Notes: generated by a model from the sequence alone, not told the origin. 64,000 bases of DNA from Alphaproteobacteria bacterium (GCA_965232515.1 CBDDPY010000002.1:4640001-4704000); one strand, 5' to 3'; positions 28,206 through 38,610 are shown, counted from the stretch's first letter. Program-made: numbers and translations.

Positions 28206-30233
28206 CTAGTTCACGGGCGCGCCGCGCAGGTCGAGCGCCGGATTGCGGTCGAAGAAGTTGAACGGCCGCAGCATGAAGGCGTGCCATTTGGTCGGCATGA
28301 TCGGCCAGTCCTCGGACCGCGTGACGTGACTGAACCCCAGCGTGTACCAGAGCACGATGTCGCGGTTGACGATGCTGCGGCCGGCCTTGGTCCAGGCTGG
28401 CAGGCCGTCGTCGCCCTTGCTTTGGTTCGGAAAACGTCCGGCGGCGAAGATCTCGTCCGCGTCGTGCGGCGTGACCCAGAGGTGATGCTTGCTGAAGGCC
28501 GCGCGGCGCAACGGGAAATCGTCGTCGCCCAGCAGCATCGAGGCGTTGCCCATGGGCATCAGTTGATAGCTGGTCGGATTGCCGACGGCATTGCTGCGGT
28601 TGGGATTCATCACGCGCCAGACGGCCGGCCGCTGCAGGTTGATGTTGAACTTGGCGCTGCTGTCGCGCTGGGCCACGTGGGGTTCGATAACCCAGATGCT
28701 ACGCCTCGCGCTGTCGGCATCGAGCTGTTTCGGCACCCGACGGTCGAGGACGAAGCTGTTGTCCCGGCCGTCGATATCGAGATCGAGCCGGAAGCTGAAG
28801 AAATGGTCATGGTAGATCGCCACCAGATTGGGCGCGACGAGTGTGCCGTAGGCCGTGTCCGCGGCGGCGGTCGGCTCGGACATGTGACGCGTCGCGACGC
28901 CCTTGACGGCGTCGATCCCGGTGGCGCCGACCCGCACCGTGATGTTGCCGCGCTGATCGAACACCCAGTCGACGGCGTAGTCGTAGTTGCCGATGGTCGA
29001 CATGGTGCGGAACACAAGATCGACCTGAGGACGGCTTTCGTGCGTTTCGTTCAGGATCTCGAAATGTCGCCAAGCCGGGTCGCCGGCATTGCGCTCGAAC
29101 AGGCAGGCGATGCCTTCCAGCGTCAGCGGATTGCCCTCGTCGTCGGCGATCGTCGCGTCAAGATAGGTCGCGGCGGCCGGGCAATCAGAACCGGGCATCA
29201 GCGGCGAGGTCAGCAGACCGAAGCCGTATTCGCCCGCGTCCATATAGGTGCGGAAGCTCCAGCCAATGTCCGGGTCCATATAGGGCACGAAGATCTCCGA
29301 CAAGGCGCCCTGATAGAGCACCGACCGGGTTTCGCCGTTCTCCTGATAGGCAACGTTCGAAATGATGGCCCCCTGGCGCCGGTCGAAGCGGACATGGAAG
29401 CGCCACTTCTGCCAGGAGATGACGCCGCCATCGATGCTGTAGTTGCCGCCGTCGCCGCTTGTCATCCGCACGGGTTTCAGTGGTGCTCGCAGCGTTGCGA
29501 CCGACGCTTCGTCGTAGTCATGCGTATCCGTACTGATCGGCACCATGCCGGTATCGATCACCTCGACGACCTGCCGGGCATTCAGATCGACGACCGCGAA
29601 CAGTCCCTCTATGGGCTTGCCGAACCAGTGATTCTTCGTCCCGCGCAGATCGAAGCACGGCACCTTCAGCAGCCGACGCCCCTCTTCGCCCGGCAGCGCG
29701 AAATAGCCGGCGCTGAGCGGCGCGCAGAACACCTTGTCGGTATCGACGCCGCGCTTCTGCATTGCGGCCTGCCAGTCGGGATGCGCGGCCGTGATCTCCT
29801 GCGCCGCGATCCATTCCTCCAGCAGGATGTTCGGCTGCACGCCATCCTGCCTGGTCCAGGACGCGATCCGGTTGCCGGTCAGATCGACGACGCCCTCGAA
29901 GATCTCGGCGCCGCTCTTGACGACGACATAGCTCTGTCGGCTGAGCGGCTGGCCCGGCGACCAGGCCAGCACGTCGGCCTTCGCCGGCTCGCGCAAGGTG
30001 ATCATCGGAAAACGCGCTTGCGCATCGGCCTTGCCGGCGTCGCGGAGCACCTGAACCGTTTGCTTGATCTCGTCCGGCGTCAGCGCGTCCATCGGATGCG
30101 CCGGCGCGGCAACGGCCGTATTGTGCAGAAAGAAAGCGGTCAGCGTCGCCAATATCGCGCGACGCCATGCGGCTCCATGGATCATCCGAGCTCTCCCCAT
30201 CGCTTCGGGTCCGCGTGCGGACAGATACGCCAT
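28206..30233 (-). CDS. tynA: Copper/TPQ primary amine oxidase
   Basis: HPMDALT, TIGNYDY (TPQ motif), YHDHFF and SHVTRSEDWPIMP Cu ligands; signal peptide. Confidence 0.93.
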   Translation of the reverse strand: MAYLSARGPEAMGRARMIHGAAWRRAILATLTAFFLHNTAVAAPAHPMDALTPDEIKQTVQVLRDAGKADAQARFPMITLREPAKADVLAWSPGQPLSRQSYVVVKSGAEIFEGVVDLTGNRIASWTRQDGVQPNILLEEWIAAQEITAAHPDWQAAMQKRGVDTDKVFCAPLSAGYFALPGEEGRRLLKVPCFDLRGTKNHWFGKPIEGLFAVVDLNARQVVEVIDTGMVPISTDTHDYDEASVATLRAPLKPVRMTSGDGGNYSIDGGVISWQKWRFHVRFDRRQGAIISNVAYQENGETRSVLYQGALSEIFVPYMDPDIGWSFRTYMDAGEYGFGLLTSPLMPGSDCPAAATYLDATIADDEGNPLTLEGIACLFERNAGDPAWRHFEILNETHESRPQVDLVFRTMSTIGNYDYAVDWVFDQRGNITVRVGATGIDAVKGVATRHMSEPTAAADTAYGTLVAPNLVAIYHDHFFSFRLDLDIDGRDNSFVLDRRVPKQLDADSARRSIWVIEPHVAQRDSSAKFNINLQRPAVWRVMNPNRSNAVGNPTSYQLMPMGNASMLLGDDDFPLRRAAFSKHHLWVTPHDADEIFAAGRFPNQSKGDDGLPAWTKAGRSIVNRDIVLWYTLGFSHVTRSEDWPIMPTKWHAFMLRPFNFFDRNPALDLRGAPVN

Positions 30234-30284
30234 GCGGTTGCCGGTCTCCAGGTTACCACATCCGCCGGACGGCCGGCGTTCGGC

Positions 30285-30689
30285 TTACAGCCCGGTGCCC
30301 CGCTCCAGGCCGATATCGCGGCGCGCCGTTGAGATCGTGATCGTGAAGCCGGCAATAACGTCCAACAGCGTCATGATGGTGATGACGAAAAACGTCGACG
30401 TCGCGGCCTGCGGCACGACCAGCAATTCGACGACACAGACAACGAACAAGCCGGTCGACAGGATGTGGTCGACAATCGATGCATTCGAGGTGCGCGTCGC
30501 CTTGAAAATCTCGAAAAACAACAGGATCAGGCCGCAGACGACGAGCAGCTCTCCGGTGCTGAACTGCCATGTCGCGCCGGACGGCATGGTCATGCTGAGA
30601 ATGTTGTCGTCGAGCGTTCCGGCCGTAAAGAAGGCGATAACATTGTAGGCTGCAACGACCAGGATCAACAGCGGTATACTGGCAAGCAT
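30285..30689 (-). CDS. Conserved alphaproteobacterial 4-TM hypothetical protein
   Basis: MPSGATW, FEIFKAT, DHILS, DVIAGF...ARRD. Confidence 0.75.
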   Translation of the reverse strand: MLASIPLLILVVAAYNVIAFFTAGTLDDNILSMTMPSGATWQFSTGELLVVCGLILLFFEIFKATRTSNASIVDHILSTGLFVVCVVELLVVPQAATSTFFVITIMTLLDVIAGFTITISTARRDIGLERGTGL

Positions 30690-30834
30690 GCGTTCCTCCG
30701 GACATACGCGATTTGGCGGCAAGCCGACCAAGGGTATACAACGGATCGACACGAATCCCACGAACCAAGATCGTGACATGACGACACAGCCGACTTGCCG
30801 ACTGTACCGGCTGACGACGGTGCACTAGCCAGCC

Positions 30835-30996
30835 ATGGAACCTGTCGTATTCATCGTCGGCGCCATCATCGCGCTGGTGCTGGCCCGGATCTTCAAGCAG
30901 ATCTACCGCGACCATGGCTCGCGATGGGAACCGATTGCGCTCGGTATCGCGGTGATTGCCGCCGTCGCGATCGTGCTCAGCCGCTTCCTCGAGTGA
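30835..30996 (+). CDS. Small 2-TM membrane protein (53 aa), absent from ORF track
   Basis: MEPVVFIVGAIIALVLARIFKQIYRDHGSRWEPIALGIAVIAAVAIVLSRFLE*; GC3-rich codons. Confidence 0.65.
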   Translation: MEPVVFIVGAIIALVLARIFKQIYRDHGSRWEPIALGIAVIAAVAIVLSRFLE

Positions 30997-31015
30997 CTTC
31001 GCGGCGGTTGCCGTG

Positions 31016-31360
31016 TCAGTGATCGGCGCCGATCAGGATCTGGTCGCGTAGATTGGTCTCATAAGACAGGCCGTCGGGCGTCAGCGAAATCCCGAGCGGG
31101 AAATGCGAGCGCGCCAGACCTTTGCGTTCGAGCGCCCGCCAGACGTTTTCGTTTCGCAACCCACTTGCGTCCCTCGCCATGACGACGCGGTTGCCGATGT
31201 GGAAATGATTGCCATGCGGTTGCGGCAGCAGGGTGATGAGGATGTCACCCGACTCCTCGTTGGGCGTCGAGGTCTGAGGGCTGCGCGCCAGCTCCTGCAG
31301 CAGGACCAGTGTTTTCAGTTGCAGCTTGTTCAGCTTCAGCGGATTGAGTTTCTGCGGCAC
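31016..31360 (-). CDS. Conserved hypothetical protein (wHTH-like)
   Basis: NPLKLNKLQLKTL, PHGNHFH, VWRALERKGL. Confidence 0.7.
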   Translation of the reverse strand: MPQKLNPLKLNKLQLKTLVLLQELARSPQTSTPNEESGDILITLLPQPHGNHFHIGNRVVMARDASGLRNENVWRALERKGLARSHFPLGISLTPDGLSYETNLRDQILIGADH

Positions 31361-31468
31361 GTGGGGATTCCTGGCAACTAAGAAATTTTCTTATCGCCAG
31401 CCTACGAACTGCCTTGGCAATTGCAAGATCGGGAGCCGGTTCGCCACCGTGCCGCCGCCCACCAGAAA

Positions 31469-31936
31469 TCAGGTCCGCTGCTCGAATTCGATCACCCCGA
31501 AGATCGCGTCTACCGTTTCGCCGTCGTCCGATAACGGCATGTAGAGATCCTGATACGCCTCGACGAAAGCATCCGGTCCCACGTAGGGGATGTCGCTGTA
31601 GAAAGGCATGGCTTCTTGCACCAGGCGGACGCCGGCCTGCCAGACCCGGCTGCCGGGCCGCTGATGCGGGATGTCGGTGAACCGCATGCCGGTGTAATCG
31701 AGCTCGATGCGTGCGATCACGGCCTCGCCGATATGGGTGTAGCGGAAATTCAATGGATCGCTCAGTACGTCGATCAGCACCACATTGGCGGCGACATGCG
31801 GAATCTCAATCGACTGAATGTCCTGGCGGCGCGGCATCGCGCGTCCGGCCCGCTTGCCTTCCCAATAGGAAAGAGCCTGCTCGAAACGCCTGACCGCAAA
31901 GCGGCTGGATGGCGGTGAGAGTTCCATGACGGACAT
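31469..31936 (-). CDS. Stand-alone PAS-domain protein (PAS_5-like)
   Basis: YWEGKRAGRAMPRR, FRYTHIG, MPLSDDG. Confidence 0.85.
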   Translation of the reverse strand: MSVMELSPPSSRFAVRRFEQALSYWEGKRAGRAMPRRQDIQSIEIPHVAANVVLIDVLSDPLNFRYTHIGEAVIARIELDYTGMRFTDIPHQRPGSRVWQAGVRLVQEAMPFYSDIPYVGPDAFVEAYQDLYMPLSDDGETVDAIFGVIEFEQRT

Positions 31937-32087
31937 GCCGATGTTGACCCCGGGAACCGGCCCGTCCGGCGACGAGCGGTATGTATCAACTATCAGAAGG
32001 ATAGACCGGCATCAGTGACTAAACTCACAAACAACGCGGTTCGGGGCCGCACTGGCGCAGACGACACATGGAACCACGAGGGTATGG

Positions 32088-32102
32088 TTAGCCGTCGCTT
32101 AA
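32088..32102. promoter_or_regulatory. CtrA-like box
   Basis: TTAG-ccgtcgc-TTAA (minus strand TTAA-N7-CTAACC) upstream of the PAS gene. Confidence 0.4.
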
Positions 32103-32114
32103 TCGCCGCCGTCG

Positions 32115-33104
32115 TCAGGTTGCCGTGGTCAGGTAGTGCACACTGAAAAGGCGATCCTCGTCGCACCAGACCCGTTCGTGGGACCATCCGGCGTCCTGCG
32201 CCAGCGCGCGGAACTGGTCGAGATCGTATTTGTACGAGTTCTCGGTATGGATGGTTTCGCCGGCGCGGAACGTGAAACGCTGTCCGGCGATGTCGACCGT
32301 CTGCGGGCGTTTGCTGACAAGATGCATCTCGATGCGGCCAAGCCGGTCATTGTATCGGGCATCATGCTCGAAAGACGACATATCGACGTCGCCGCCCAAC
32401 TCGGCATTGATCCGCCTGAGCAGGTTCATGTTGAAGTCGGCGGTCACGCCAAGCGGGTCGTTATAAGCCTCGTGCAGGATCCGCAGGTCCTTCTTCAGAT
32501 CGACGCCGATCACCAGGGATGCGTCGGCACCGAGGATTGCGGCGGCGCCCTTCAGGAAAGCCCGCGCCGCCTTCGGCTCGAAGTTGCCGATCGTCGAGCC
32601 CGGGAAGAAACCAAGCCGGGCGTCGCTCAAGGCCCAATCGGGAAGCTCAAGCGTGCCTGTGTAGTCGGCGCAGATCGGCAGCACGACCAGGTCCGGATAG
32701 TCGGCCGCCAATGTCTGAGCGGCGGCGAGCAGGTGTTCGCGCGAGATGTCGATGGGGATGTAGGCAGTGGGATTGTTCAGCCGGTCGAGCAGCAGCCGGA
32801 CCTTCCGGCTGGCGCCGCTGCCGAACTCGACCAGGCTGGCCCCGCTGTCCGTCAGCGCCGCGATCTCGCCGCAGCAGTCCTCCAGGATCCGCATCTCGGT
32901 CCGGGTCGGATAATAGGCCTCCAGCTCGCAGATCTCGTCGAACAGCCGCGAGCCGCGCTCGTCGTAGAAATACTTGCACGGCAGCTGCTTCTGCGGCTGT
33001 GACAGCCCATGCAGGACGTCGTTGCGAAATTCCTCAACATCGTCGCCGAGATCGTGGAACTCGTCGATCTCGCCGATCGCGACCGCCGTTTCGCCGGGCA
33101 TCAT
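32115..33104 (-). CDS. egtD: L-histidine N-alpha-methyltransferase
   Basis: KYFYDERGS, YYPTRTE, EFGSG, FFPGSTIGN, IHTENSYKY; ATGA overlap with egtB. Confidence 0.93.
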   Translation of the reverse strand: MMPGETAVAIGEIDEFHDLGDDVEEFRNDVLHGLSQPQKQLPCKYFYDERGSRLFDEICELEAYYPTRTEMRILEDCCGEIAALTDSGASLVEFGSGASRKVRLLLDRLNNPTAYIPIDISREHLLAAAQTLAADYPDLVVLPICADYTGTLELPDWALSDARLGFFPGSTIGNFEPKAARAFLKGAAAILGADASLVIGVDLKKDLRILHEAYNDPLGVTADFNMNLLRRINAELGGDVDMSSFEHDARYNDRLGRIEMHLVSKRPQTVDIAGQRFTFRAGETIHTENSYKYDLDQFRALAQDAGWSHERVWCDEDRLFSVHYLTTAT

Positions 33105-34408
33105 GCATCCTCCGCGAGGCGCAGGCCGCTGAACTGCCAGCGCTGATGGGGGTAAAAGAAATTCCGGTAGGTGGCGCGGCTGTGGCCGTCCGGCGTCACG
33201 CAGGAGGCACCGCGCAGGACGAACTGGCCGCACATGAACTTGCCGTTGTATTCGCCGACGGCGCCGGCCGGCACGCGATAACCGGGATAGGCGGTATAGG
33301 CGCTTTGCGTCCATTCCCAGACATCGCCGTACATCTGCAGCAACTGGTTGGCCGGACCGTCGGCGGCCGTCGGACGCAGCATGCCGCTGCCGCGCAGGTT
33401 GCCGTCAACCGCCACGGTTTGCGCGGCGACTTCCCATTCGGCTTCCGTCGGCAGTCGTTTGCCCGACCAGTGGGCGAAGGCGTCGGCCTCGAAATAGCTG
33501 ATCTGGCTTGCCGGCGCGTCGGGCTCCAACGGCTGCAGGCCGGACAGCGACATTGACCACCACGCGCCATCGCGCTGCTGCCAATAGATGGGCGCCCGCC
33601 AGTCTTCCGACTGAACCAAGGCCCAACCGTCTGACAGCCAGAACTCAGGACGGTCGTAGCCGCCGTCTTCGATAAAGGCTTGCCAGTCGGCGTTGGTCAC
33701 CAACCGCGACGCCAGGCGAAACGGCCGGAGCCAGACCTTGTGCCGAGGGCCCTCGTGGTCGAACGCGAAACCGTCGCCGTCATGGCCGATTTCGTAGAGT
33801 CCCTCGTCGAAACGCAGCCAGGCGAGTGGCGGTATTTCCGCCGCCGGTCCGGACCGATAAGGCCGGTACGCCGGCTTCAGCGGATTGCAGGAAAATGCGT
33901 GCAGCAGGTCGGTCAGGATCAGTTCCTGGTGCTGCTCCTCGTGATTGAGGCCCAGTTCGATCAACGGTGCAATGTCCTGCCAGGTCCGGTCGTCCGTTCG
34001 TGCGATCAGCGCGGTCATGGCATCGTCCGTGCGCTGACGGAAGTCGACAACTTTCGCCAACGGCGGGCGGGTCAGCATGCCGCGCCGTGGGCGCGGCTGA
34101 CGGGGGCCCTTGGCCTCGTAGTAGGAGTTGAACAGAACGCCGAAGTCCGGATCGAACGGTGTGAAATCGGGCTGGTGGTCGGCCAGGATAAAGGTCTCGA
34201 AGAACCAGGTGGTGTGCCCGAGATGCCATTTGACCGGGCTCGCGTCCGGCATCGATTGCACGACTTGATCTTCGTCCGACAGACCATCCGCGAGCGACAT
34301 CGTCGCCTGCCGCACATTGGCATAGCGGTCCAGAAGGTCGCCCCGATCCGGCGTCGTGGCCGATGCGGGCGGTTCGTGGGAATATCGATCGGTGGAGGCA
34401 ATGGACAT
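33101..34408 (-). CDS. egtB: Ergothioneine biosynthesis sulfoxide synthase
   Basis: QSMPDASPVKWHLGHTTWFFE, HEEQHQEL, FGE-sulfatase domain RLPTEAEWE, YNGKFM. Confidence 0.93.
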   Translation of the reverse strand: MSIASTDRYSHEPPASATTPDRGDLLDRYANVRQATMSLADGLSDEDQVVQSMPDASPVKWHLGHTTWFFETFILADHQPDFTPFDPDFGVLFNSYYEAKGPRQPRPRRGMLTRPPLAKVVDFRQRTDDAMTALIARTDDRTWQDIAPLIELGLNHEEQHQELILTDLLHAFSCNPLKPAYRPYRSGPAAEIPPLAWLRFDEGLYEIGHDGDGFAFDHEGPRHKVWLRPFRLASRLVTNADWQAFIEDGGYDRPEFWLSDGWALVQSEDWRAPIYWQQRDGAWWSMSLSGLQPLEPDAPASQISYFEADAFAHWSGKRLPTEAEWEVAAQTVAVDGNLRGSGMLRPTAADGPANQLLQMYGDVWEWTQSAYTAYPGYRVPAGAVGEYNGKFMCGQFVLRGASCVTPDGHSRATYRNFFYPHQRWQFSGLRLAEDA

Positions 34409-34986
34409 TCGGACCCACTCCTGTTCGATGCATGAGGGCGCTTGCTCCAGCACCCTGTCGCGGCGACTAGACCTCGTGTTCGGCCCGAACGATTCGGAAG
34501 ATAGGTACGGTCGTTCGTTGTGTAAATACGCATATGTTGCGCAAAATTATCATCTGCGCAAAAAAATTGCTTATCAAAAACCTATGTTCTGTTTAGTAAA
34601 CAAGTTTGTGTATCTGACAACAGATCGAGTGCGGACTCGCGGGGCGAATGTCGTTGACGCCGGTCGTCACCCGACGGTTCCGGATGCCAGGGCGAGACGG
34701 GCCAACAGGTCGCCGGTCGCCACGGCGTCGTTATTCATCCACGATTCTGAAAAAGAAAGGCGGCCTGCCGGACAGGTATGAGGTAGAGGTTTGAGAGCTC
34801 AGGCAGGCCGCCGCCGTTATCGTCCAATTGGACGTCGTCGGGCACTTCCATATGTGTCTTAGTCCGGTGACCCATCAACAGCATTGCGCGTGTCAAAACC
34901 GTGTCCGATGAAACCCCAATGACCAAACAGCGCCGCCACAAGCCGTATTGCGATACCCAATACGCCGGTCCGCCGCGTGAGGGATC

Positions 34987-35397
34987 GTGGGGCGCGCGAT
35001 AGGGCGCGTGGCCGTGCGGTTCGCGGTTCTATTTGCCGGTTGCAGCGGTTTTGCGACCGTGGCATTGGGCGCTTGGGCGGCGCATGGGCTCGCGCGACTG
35101 CTCGACCCGCCGGCGTTGGCCTGGATCGAGACCGGCCTCAAGTATCAGGGTCTGCATGCCGTTGCGTTGATCGGCGTCGCCTGCCTGATGGCGATCCGAC
35201 CGGCGCGGGCGTTGGTTTTCGCGACGTCGGCATTTGCCGTCGGCACGCTGCTGTTCTGCGGCAGCCTTTATGCGCTCGCCTTTACCGGCATACGCACGCT
35301 GGCCTTCCTGACGCCGATTGGCGGGCTGGCGTTTTTGGCCGGCTGGGCTGGCATTTGCTGGTACGGCATTGGTCTGCGACCAAACACAAAGAATTAA
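34987..35397 (+). CDS. DUF423 family membrane protein
   Basis: LGAWAAHGL, YQGLHA, LFCGSLY, TPIGG. Confidence 0.88.
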   Translation: MGRAIGRVAVRFAVLFAGCSGFATVALGAWAAHGLARLLDPPALAWIETGLKYQGLHAVALIGVACLMAIRPARALVFATSAFAVGTLLFCGSLYALAFTGIRTLAFLTPIGGLAFLAGWAGICWYGIGLRPNTKN

Positions 35398-35447
35398 CCA
35401 TGTCGCGGCTTTCCCGGTCGGCGAAAATCGGCGCGCTCTAACCAGGT

Positions 35448-35462
35448 CTTAAGGCGCAAGAC
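35448..35462. promoter_or_regulatory. CtrA-like box
   Basis: CTAA-ccaggtc-TTAA upstream of the ORF at 35536. Confidence 0.4.
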
Positions 35463-35535
35463 CCTAACATTGGCTGTTGGATGGTGGACGGCCCAATCGG
35501 CTTGGCCATGCGGGGGCGGGTAGAGGGATCTGAGT

Positions 35536-35991
35536 ATGCAGCCAGAGCTTCTGGGACTTGGCCGCGGCGAAATCGCGTCGCCACGGTCGATATCACGACC
35601 CGACCGGCCGGACTCAAACACCGTTCGATCGGACGTTCAGCGTCCGGTTTCCGGGGACGGCGAGGCGGTGAAGGTAACCCTCAGCGACGAGGCGCAGAAA
35701 CGTCTTGCCGCCGATGAGGCCGCCAATCGACCGAACCCGCCGGCGGTTGCGCCATCTGAACAGGCGCGCCTCGAGGTTGCCGCCAATCCCGGTCTGGGCG
35801 ACTTGCCGTTCGGCAAAGTCGTATCGGCTATCGCCCGTCAACTGGACCTGTCGGGACTATTCGCGCAGGCATCGTCGACGCCGGCGAAACCTTCGGATGA
35901 AGCCCGTGCCAACGCGCCGAATGCCGGGGCCGAGCAGGACAAGTCCGCCGACCCGAAGCAGCAGGGATCCAGGATCTCAATTCTGGCCTGA
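35536..35991 (+). CDS. Hypothetical low-complexity protein
   Basis: RBS gaggg upstream; VKVTLSDEA motif; PFGKVVS. Confidence 0.6.
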   Translation: MQPELLGLGRGEIASPRSISRPDRPDSNTVRSDVQRPVSGDGEAVKVTLSDEAQKRLAADEAANRPNPPAVAPSEQARLEVAANPGLGDLPFGKVVSAIARQLDLSGLFAQASSTPAKPSDEARANAPNAGAEQDKSADPKQQGSRISILA

Positions 35992-36121
35992 TGGTCACTA
36001 TTCGCTGAGTGGCGAACACGATAGAGCGCTCGACGCGTTTCATTGGCGATGATCTTGGCAATCGCGCTAGGCTGACAACGTTAGGTGTCGATCCGAGTCG
36101 TCTGGGCGTCAGGAGCCCAAC

Positions 36122-36247
36122 GTGAACCGCCGCGTCCTCATTGTTCTGTTTGTCGCGCTTGCCATTTGCCTCGGCTATGCGTCTTGGCGCGGCTGGCTTC
36201 CCGGCGTCGTTGACTACGGTGATATCGAGGCTCGGGAGGATCGCTGA
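36122..36247 (+). CDS. Small single-TM protein (41 aa), absent from ORF track
   Basis: AGGAG at 36111 then GTG; MNRRVLIVLFVALAICLGYASWRGWLPGVVDYGDIEAREDR*. Confidence 0.55.
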   Translation: MNRRVLIVLFVALAICLGYASWRGWLPGVVDYGDIEAREDR

Positions 36248-36284
36248 CGACCGGCCGCCGCGGAACGCGGCCGTTACGGCCCGG

Positions 36285-37136
36285 TCAGAACCGCTGGATA
36301 AAATCCAGGATCGCCGACTTCGAATACTCGACGTTGGCGACGTTGCTGGAATTCATCACGTTGTGTCCGTTGTCCGGCAACACGATCGATTCAGACCTTG
36401 CCCGTCCGTCGAACAGCAAGCCGCAGTGTTTGTCCCTTAGCGCCGCGTACCAGGGGTCCTCGTTGCCGATGATCGCCAGCACCGGCACCGACGGCGGCAG
36501 CTTGAGACCATAGTAGTCGCCGATGCCGTGGCAGTGCCACGCCGTGATGATGGCGGCGGCAAGGCCGGGCTCTGGATAACGCGCCAGCGCCATGCCGCCT
36601 TCGCTGAAACCGACGGCAATAACCTTCTCGGGGTCGATCCACGGCTGCGCGCGCACCTGCTCGATGGCGAAGCCGATCTCCTCCTGCCGATAGGGATTGA
36701 CATCGGGCGTCGACTTGGCCGTGAAGCTATCCGTCCGACAGGTCGACCGGCGGCCGGTCCGGGCGAAACTGTCCGGTACGAATACGGCATAGCCGTTTTC
36801 GAGAAACAACAGCTTTGCCGCCTCCTCTTCGGAGCCGATCCCGGCACAGCCGTGGAGAAAGATAATCGCGGGCAGCTTGACCTCGGGACCCAGGCTGGCG
36901 ATGGCCTGCTGTACGCGCCGCTCGCGCCATTTCCCAAGCACCGGCAGCCCGCCGAACACGCTGCCGGGCAAGGCGATCTGGGCCGAATTCCAGGTCAATT
37001 CGACATCGGCCGACGCGGTGTTCGCCGGCATGACGCCGAACAGGAACGTCAGCAGGAAAACCACAACCCGCCAATCCGCCGGTTGCTTTCGGACGCCTTG
37101 GGTCACGCGTTGAATTCCGTCAATAGCCGACATCAC
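36285..37136 (-). CDS. Secreted dienelactone hydrolase-like alpha/beta hydrolase
   Basis: FLHGCAG, GFSEGG nucleophile elbow, GNEDPW, NGH. Confidence 0.85.
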   Translation of the reverse strand: MMSAIDGIQRVTQGVRKQPADWRVVVFLLTFLFGVMPANTASADVELTWNSAQIALPGSVFGGLPVLGKWRERRVQQAIASLGPEVKLPAIIFLHGCAGIGSEEEAAKLLFLENGYAVFVPDSFARTGRRSTCRTDSFTAKSTPDVNPYRQEEIGFAIEQVRAQPWIDPEKVIAVGFSEGGMALARYPEPGLAAAIITAWHCHGIGDYYGLKLPPSVPVLAIIGNEDPWYAALRDKHCGLLFDGRARSESIVLPDNGHNVMNSSNVANVEYSKSAILDFIQRF

Positions 37137-37236
37137 CGATCAGTTGCCCGACCGATTATTGCCGCCGACATCTGTGTCGACCAGCGACAAACACGCGTCA
37201 TCCCCACCCTGGCCGGACAATTCCCGACGTTTGCCG

Positions 37237-38610
37237 CTAGATGCTGTCGATCATCAGCTGACGTTTCCGACCGTATTCGGTCTGCGAAATCAGCTTCTGC
37301 TCCAGCAACTGGTTGAGCAGAATCAGCCCTTTCTTGGGATCCATGTCATCGGGGTTGATGCGCGCCAAGACACTAGCGCGCGCCTTGACGAAGGCTTCCG
37401 GCGTCAGTTCGTTGCGACGAAACTTGCGGTTGACCTCGGTCAACTCGGCGGCGATCCCGCCGACCGCACGTTCAGCGGCCAGTTCCGACTTCTTCGCTTC
37501 ATACTCCTGGGCCGTCAGCAGGCCGGATTTGTAGAGATCTTCGATGCGCGCCAGACGTTCGGATTTGCTGACAGCGGGGACGGCCGCGCGGGGCGCCGGG
37601 GCAACGGTGCCAACGGCAGCGGTCCGCGTCGATTGGCTGCTTGTCGAGCTGGTGTCTGCCGGCTTGCTGGTCGCTGTAGCGGAACGGGTCTGCTTGGGCG
37701 CCGGCGCAGCTTCACCGACGAGGCTGCCGAAGATAAAGCCGACGTCACCGGTCGAGAGCGTTATCCGGTACCATTTGCCGGCGCTGGTGCCGACCTCGCC
37801 ATTGATCCGCACATCCGTGCCAACCGGCAGCACGGTCAACCTGTCGGCGTTGGCGGTCGGCGCTACTCGCACGTTTGACCTGGTCAGCGTCTTCAGCGTG
37901 CGGGGAGACAGCGCCGCCACATCAAACGTCGCGGCCGCCGGTTTTGCGGCGGGCGGGGGCGTGGCCTGTCCGGACCCGGCAATCTGCTGCTGGTTCAGCG
38001 AGGCGGTCACGAGCTGGCATTCGACCTCGCCACGGTTTGAATCGGTGTATTTCCAGTAGACCGGAAACCGCAGCCGCGGCGCGTAGTAGGTCACCAGCTT
38101 GGATGAGTAGGTGCCGGTGTATCGTTGCTCATCCAGGATCGTGACGTCGAGATCGCCAAAATCGCGGTTGTAGTAGACATCGTTGCCCACCACGGCGACC
38201 TTGTAGCTCCAGCTATAGTCGTTGATCGTGCCACGATCCTCCTTCACCCAGGCATTGACCTGCGTGCCGATCTTGAGGTCGCGCAGCTGCTCGAAGTCAT
38301 CGGGCATACGACGCACCACGGACTCGCGCCCACCGACCTTCTCCGCCGTCGCGAGTGTGGTCGGGATCAGGTAGAACGGTTTCTCGTACCAGTTGGAGTC
38401 CTTGCCGGTCTCGACATTGACCCGCACGACGCCGCCGTCGTTCGAGGCGACACGATAGGTTTCCTGATATTGAAAGCCGCCCTGCAACGAGCAGTCGAAC
38501 GCGTATTCATCGCCGACGAACGGCGCTTCCATCGCCGCCAGGGCAGGCGTGCTGACGAATAGCGCGAGCGCCGAGAGCGCGGTCCGATGCGACGTAATGA
38601 TGTTCACCAT
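37237..38610 (-). CDS. Secreted protein with bacterial SH3 and SHOCT-like domains
   Basis: Signal peptide; SNVRVAPT...WYRI...GFIFG SH3; LYKSGLLTAQEYEAKK and ISQTEYGRKR SHOCT-like repeats. Confidence 0.75.
   Translation of the reverse strand: MVNIITSHRTALSALALFVSTPALAAMEAPFVGDEYAFDCSLQGGFQYQETYRVASNDGGVVRVNVETGKDSNWYEKPFYLIPTTLATAEKVGGRESVVRRMPDDFEQLRDLKIGTQVNAWVKEDRGTINDYSWSYKVAVVGNDVYYNRDFGDLDVTILDEQRYTGTYSSKLVTYYAPRLRFPVYWKYTDSNRGEVECQLVTASLNQQQIAGSGQATPPPAAKPAAATFDVAALSPRTLKTLTRSNVRVAPTANADRLTVLPVGTDVRINGEVGTSAGKWYRITLSTGDVGFIFGSLVGEAAPAPKQTRSATATSKPADTSSTSSQSTRTAAVGTVAPAPRAAVPAVSKSERLARIEDLYKSGLLTAQEYEAKKSELAAERAVGGIAAELTEVNRKFRRNELTPEAFVKARASVLARINPDDMDPKKGLILLNQLLEQKLISQTEYGRKRQLMIDSI

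Noticed and set aside
28281-30332. Long antisense ORFs (also 9680-10741, 15094-16245, 52591-53844, 61719-62981)
   Set aside because: Shadow frames of high-GC genes with no recognisable motifs
32115-34408. egtB as selenoneine synthase SenA, given the selenoproteins nearby
   Set aside because: It has EgtB-type motifs (HEEQHQEL, YNGKFM), is coupled to egtD, and has no adjacent senB glycosyltransferase or selD/senC
34500-34960. Riboswitch or small ORF upstream of egtB (TGTTT-AGT-AAACA palindrome; 34735-34941 ORF)
   Set aside because: No recognisable riboswitch consensus, and the ORF lacks an RBS or motif support
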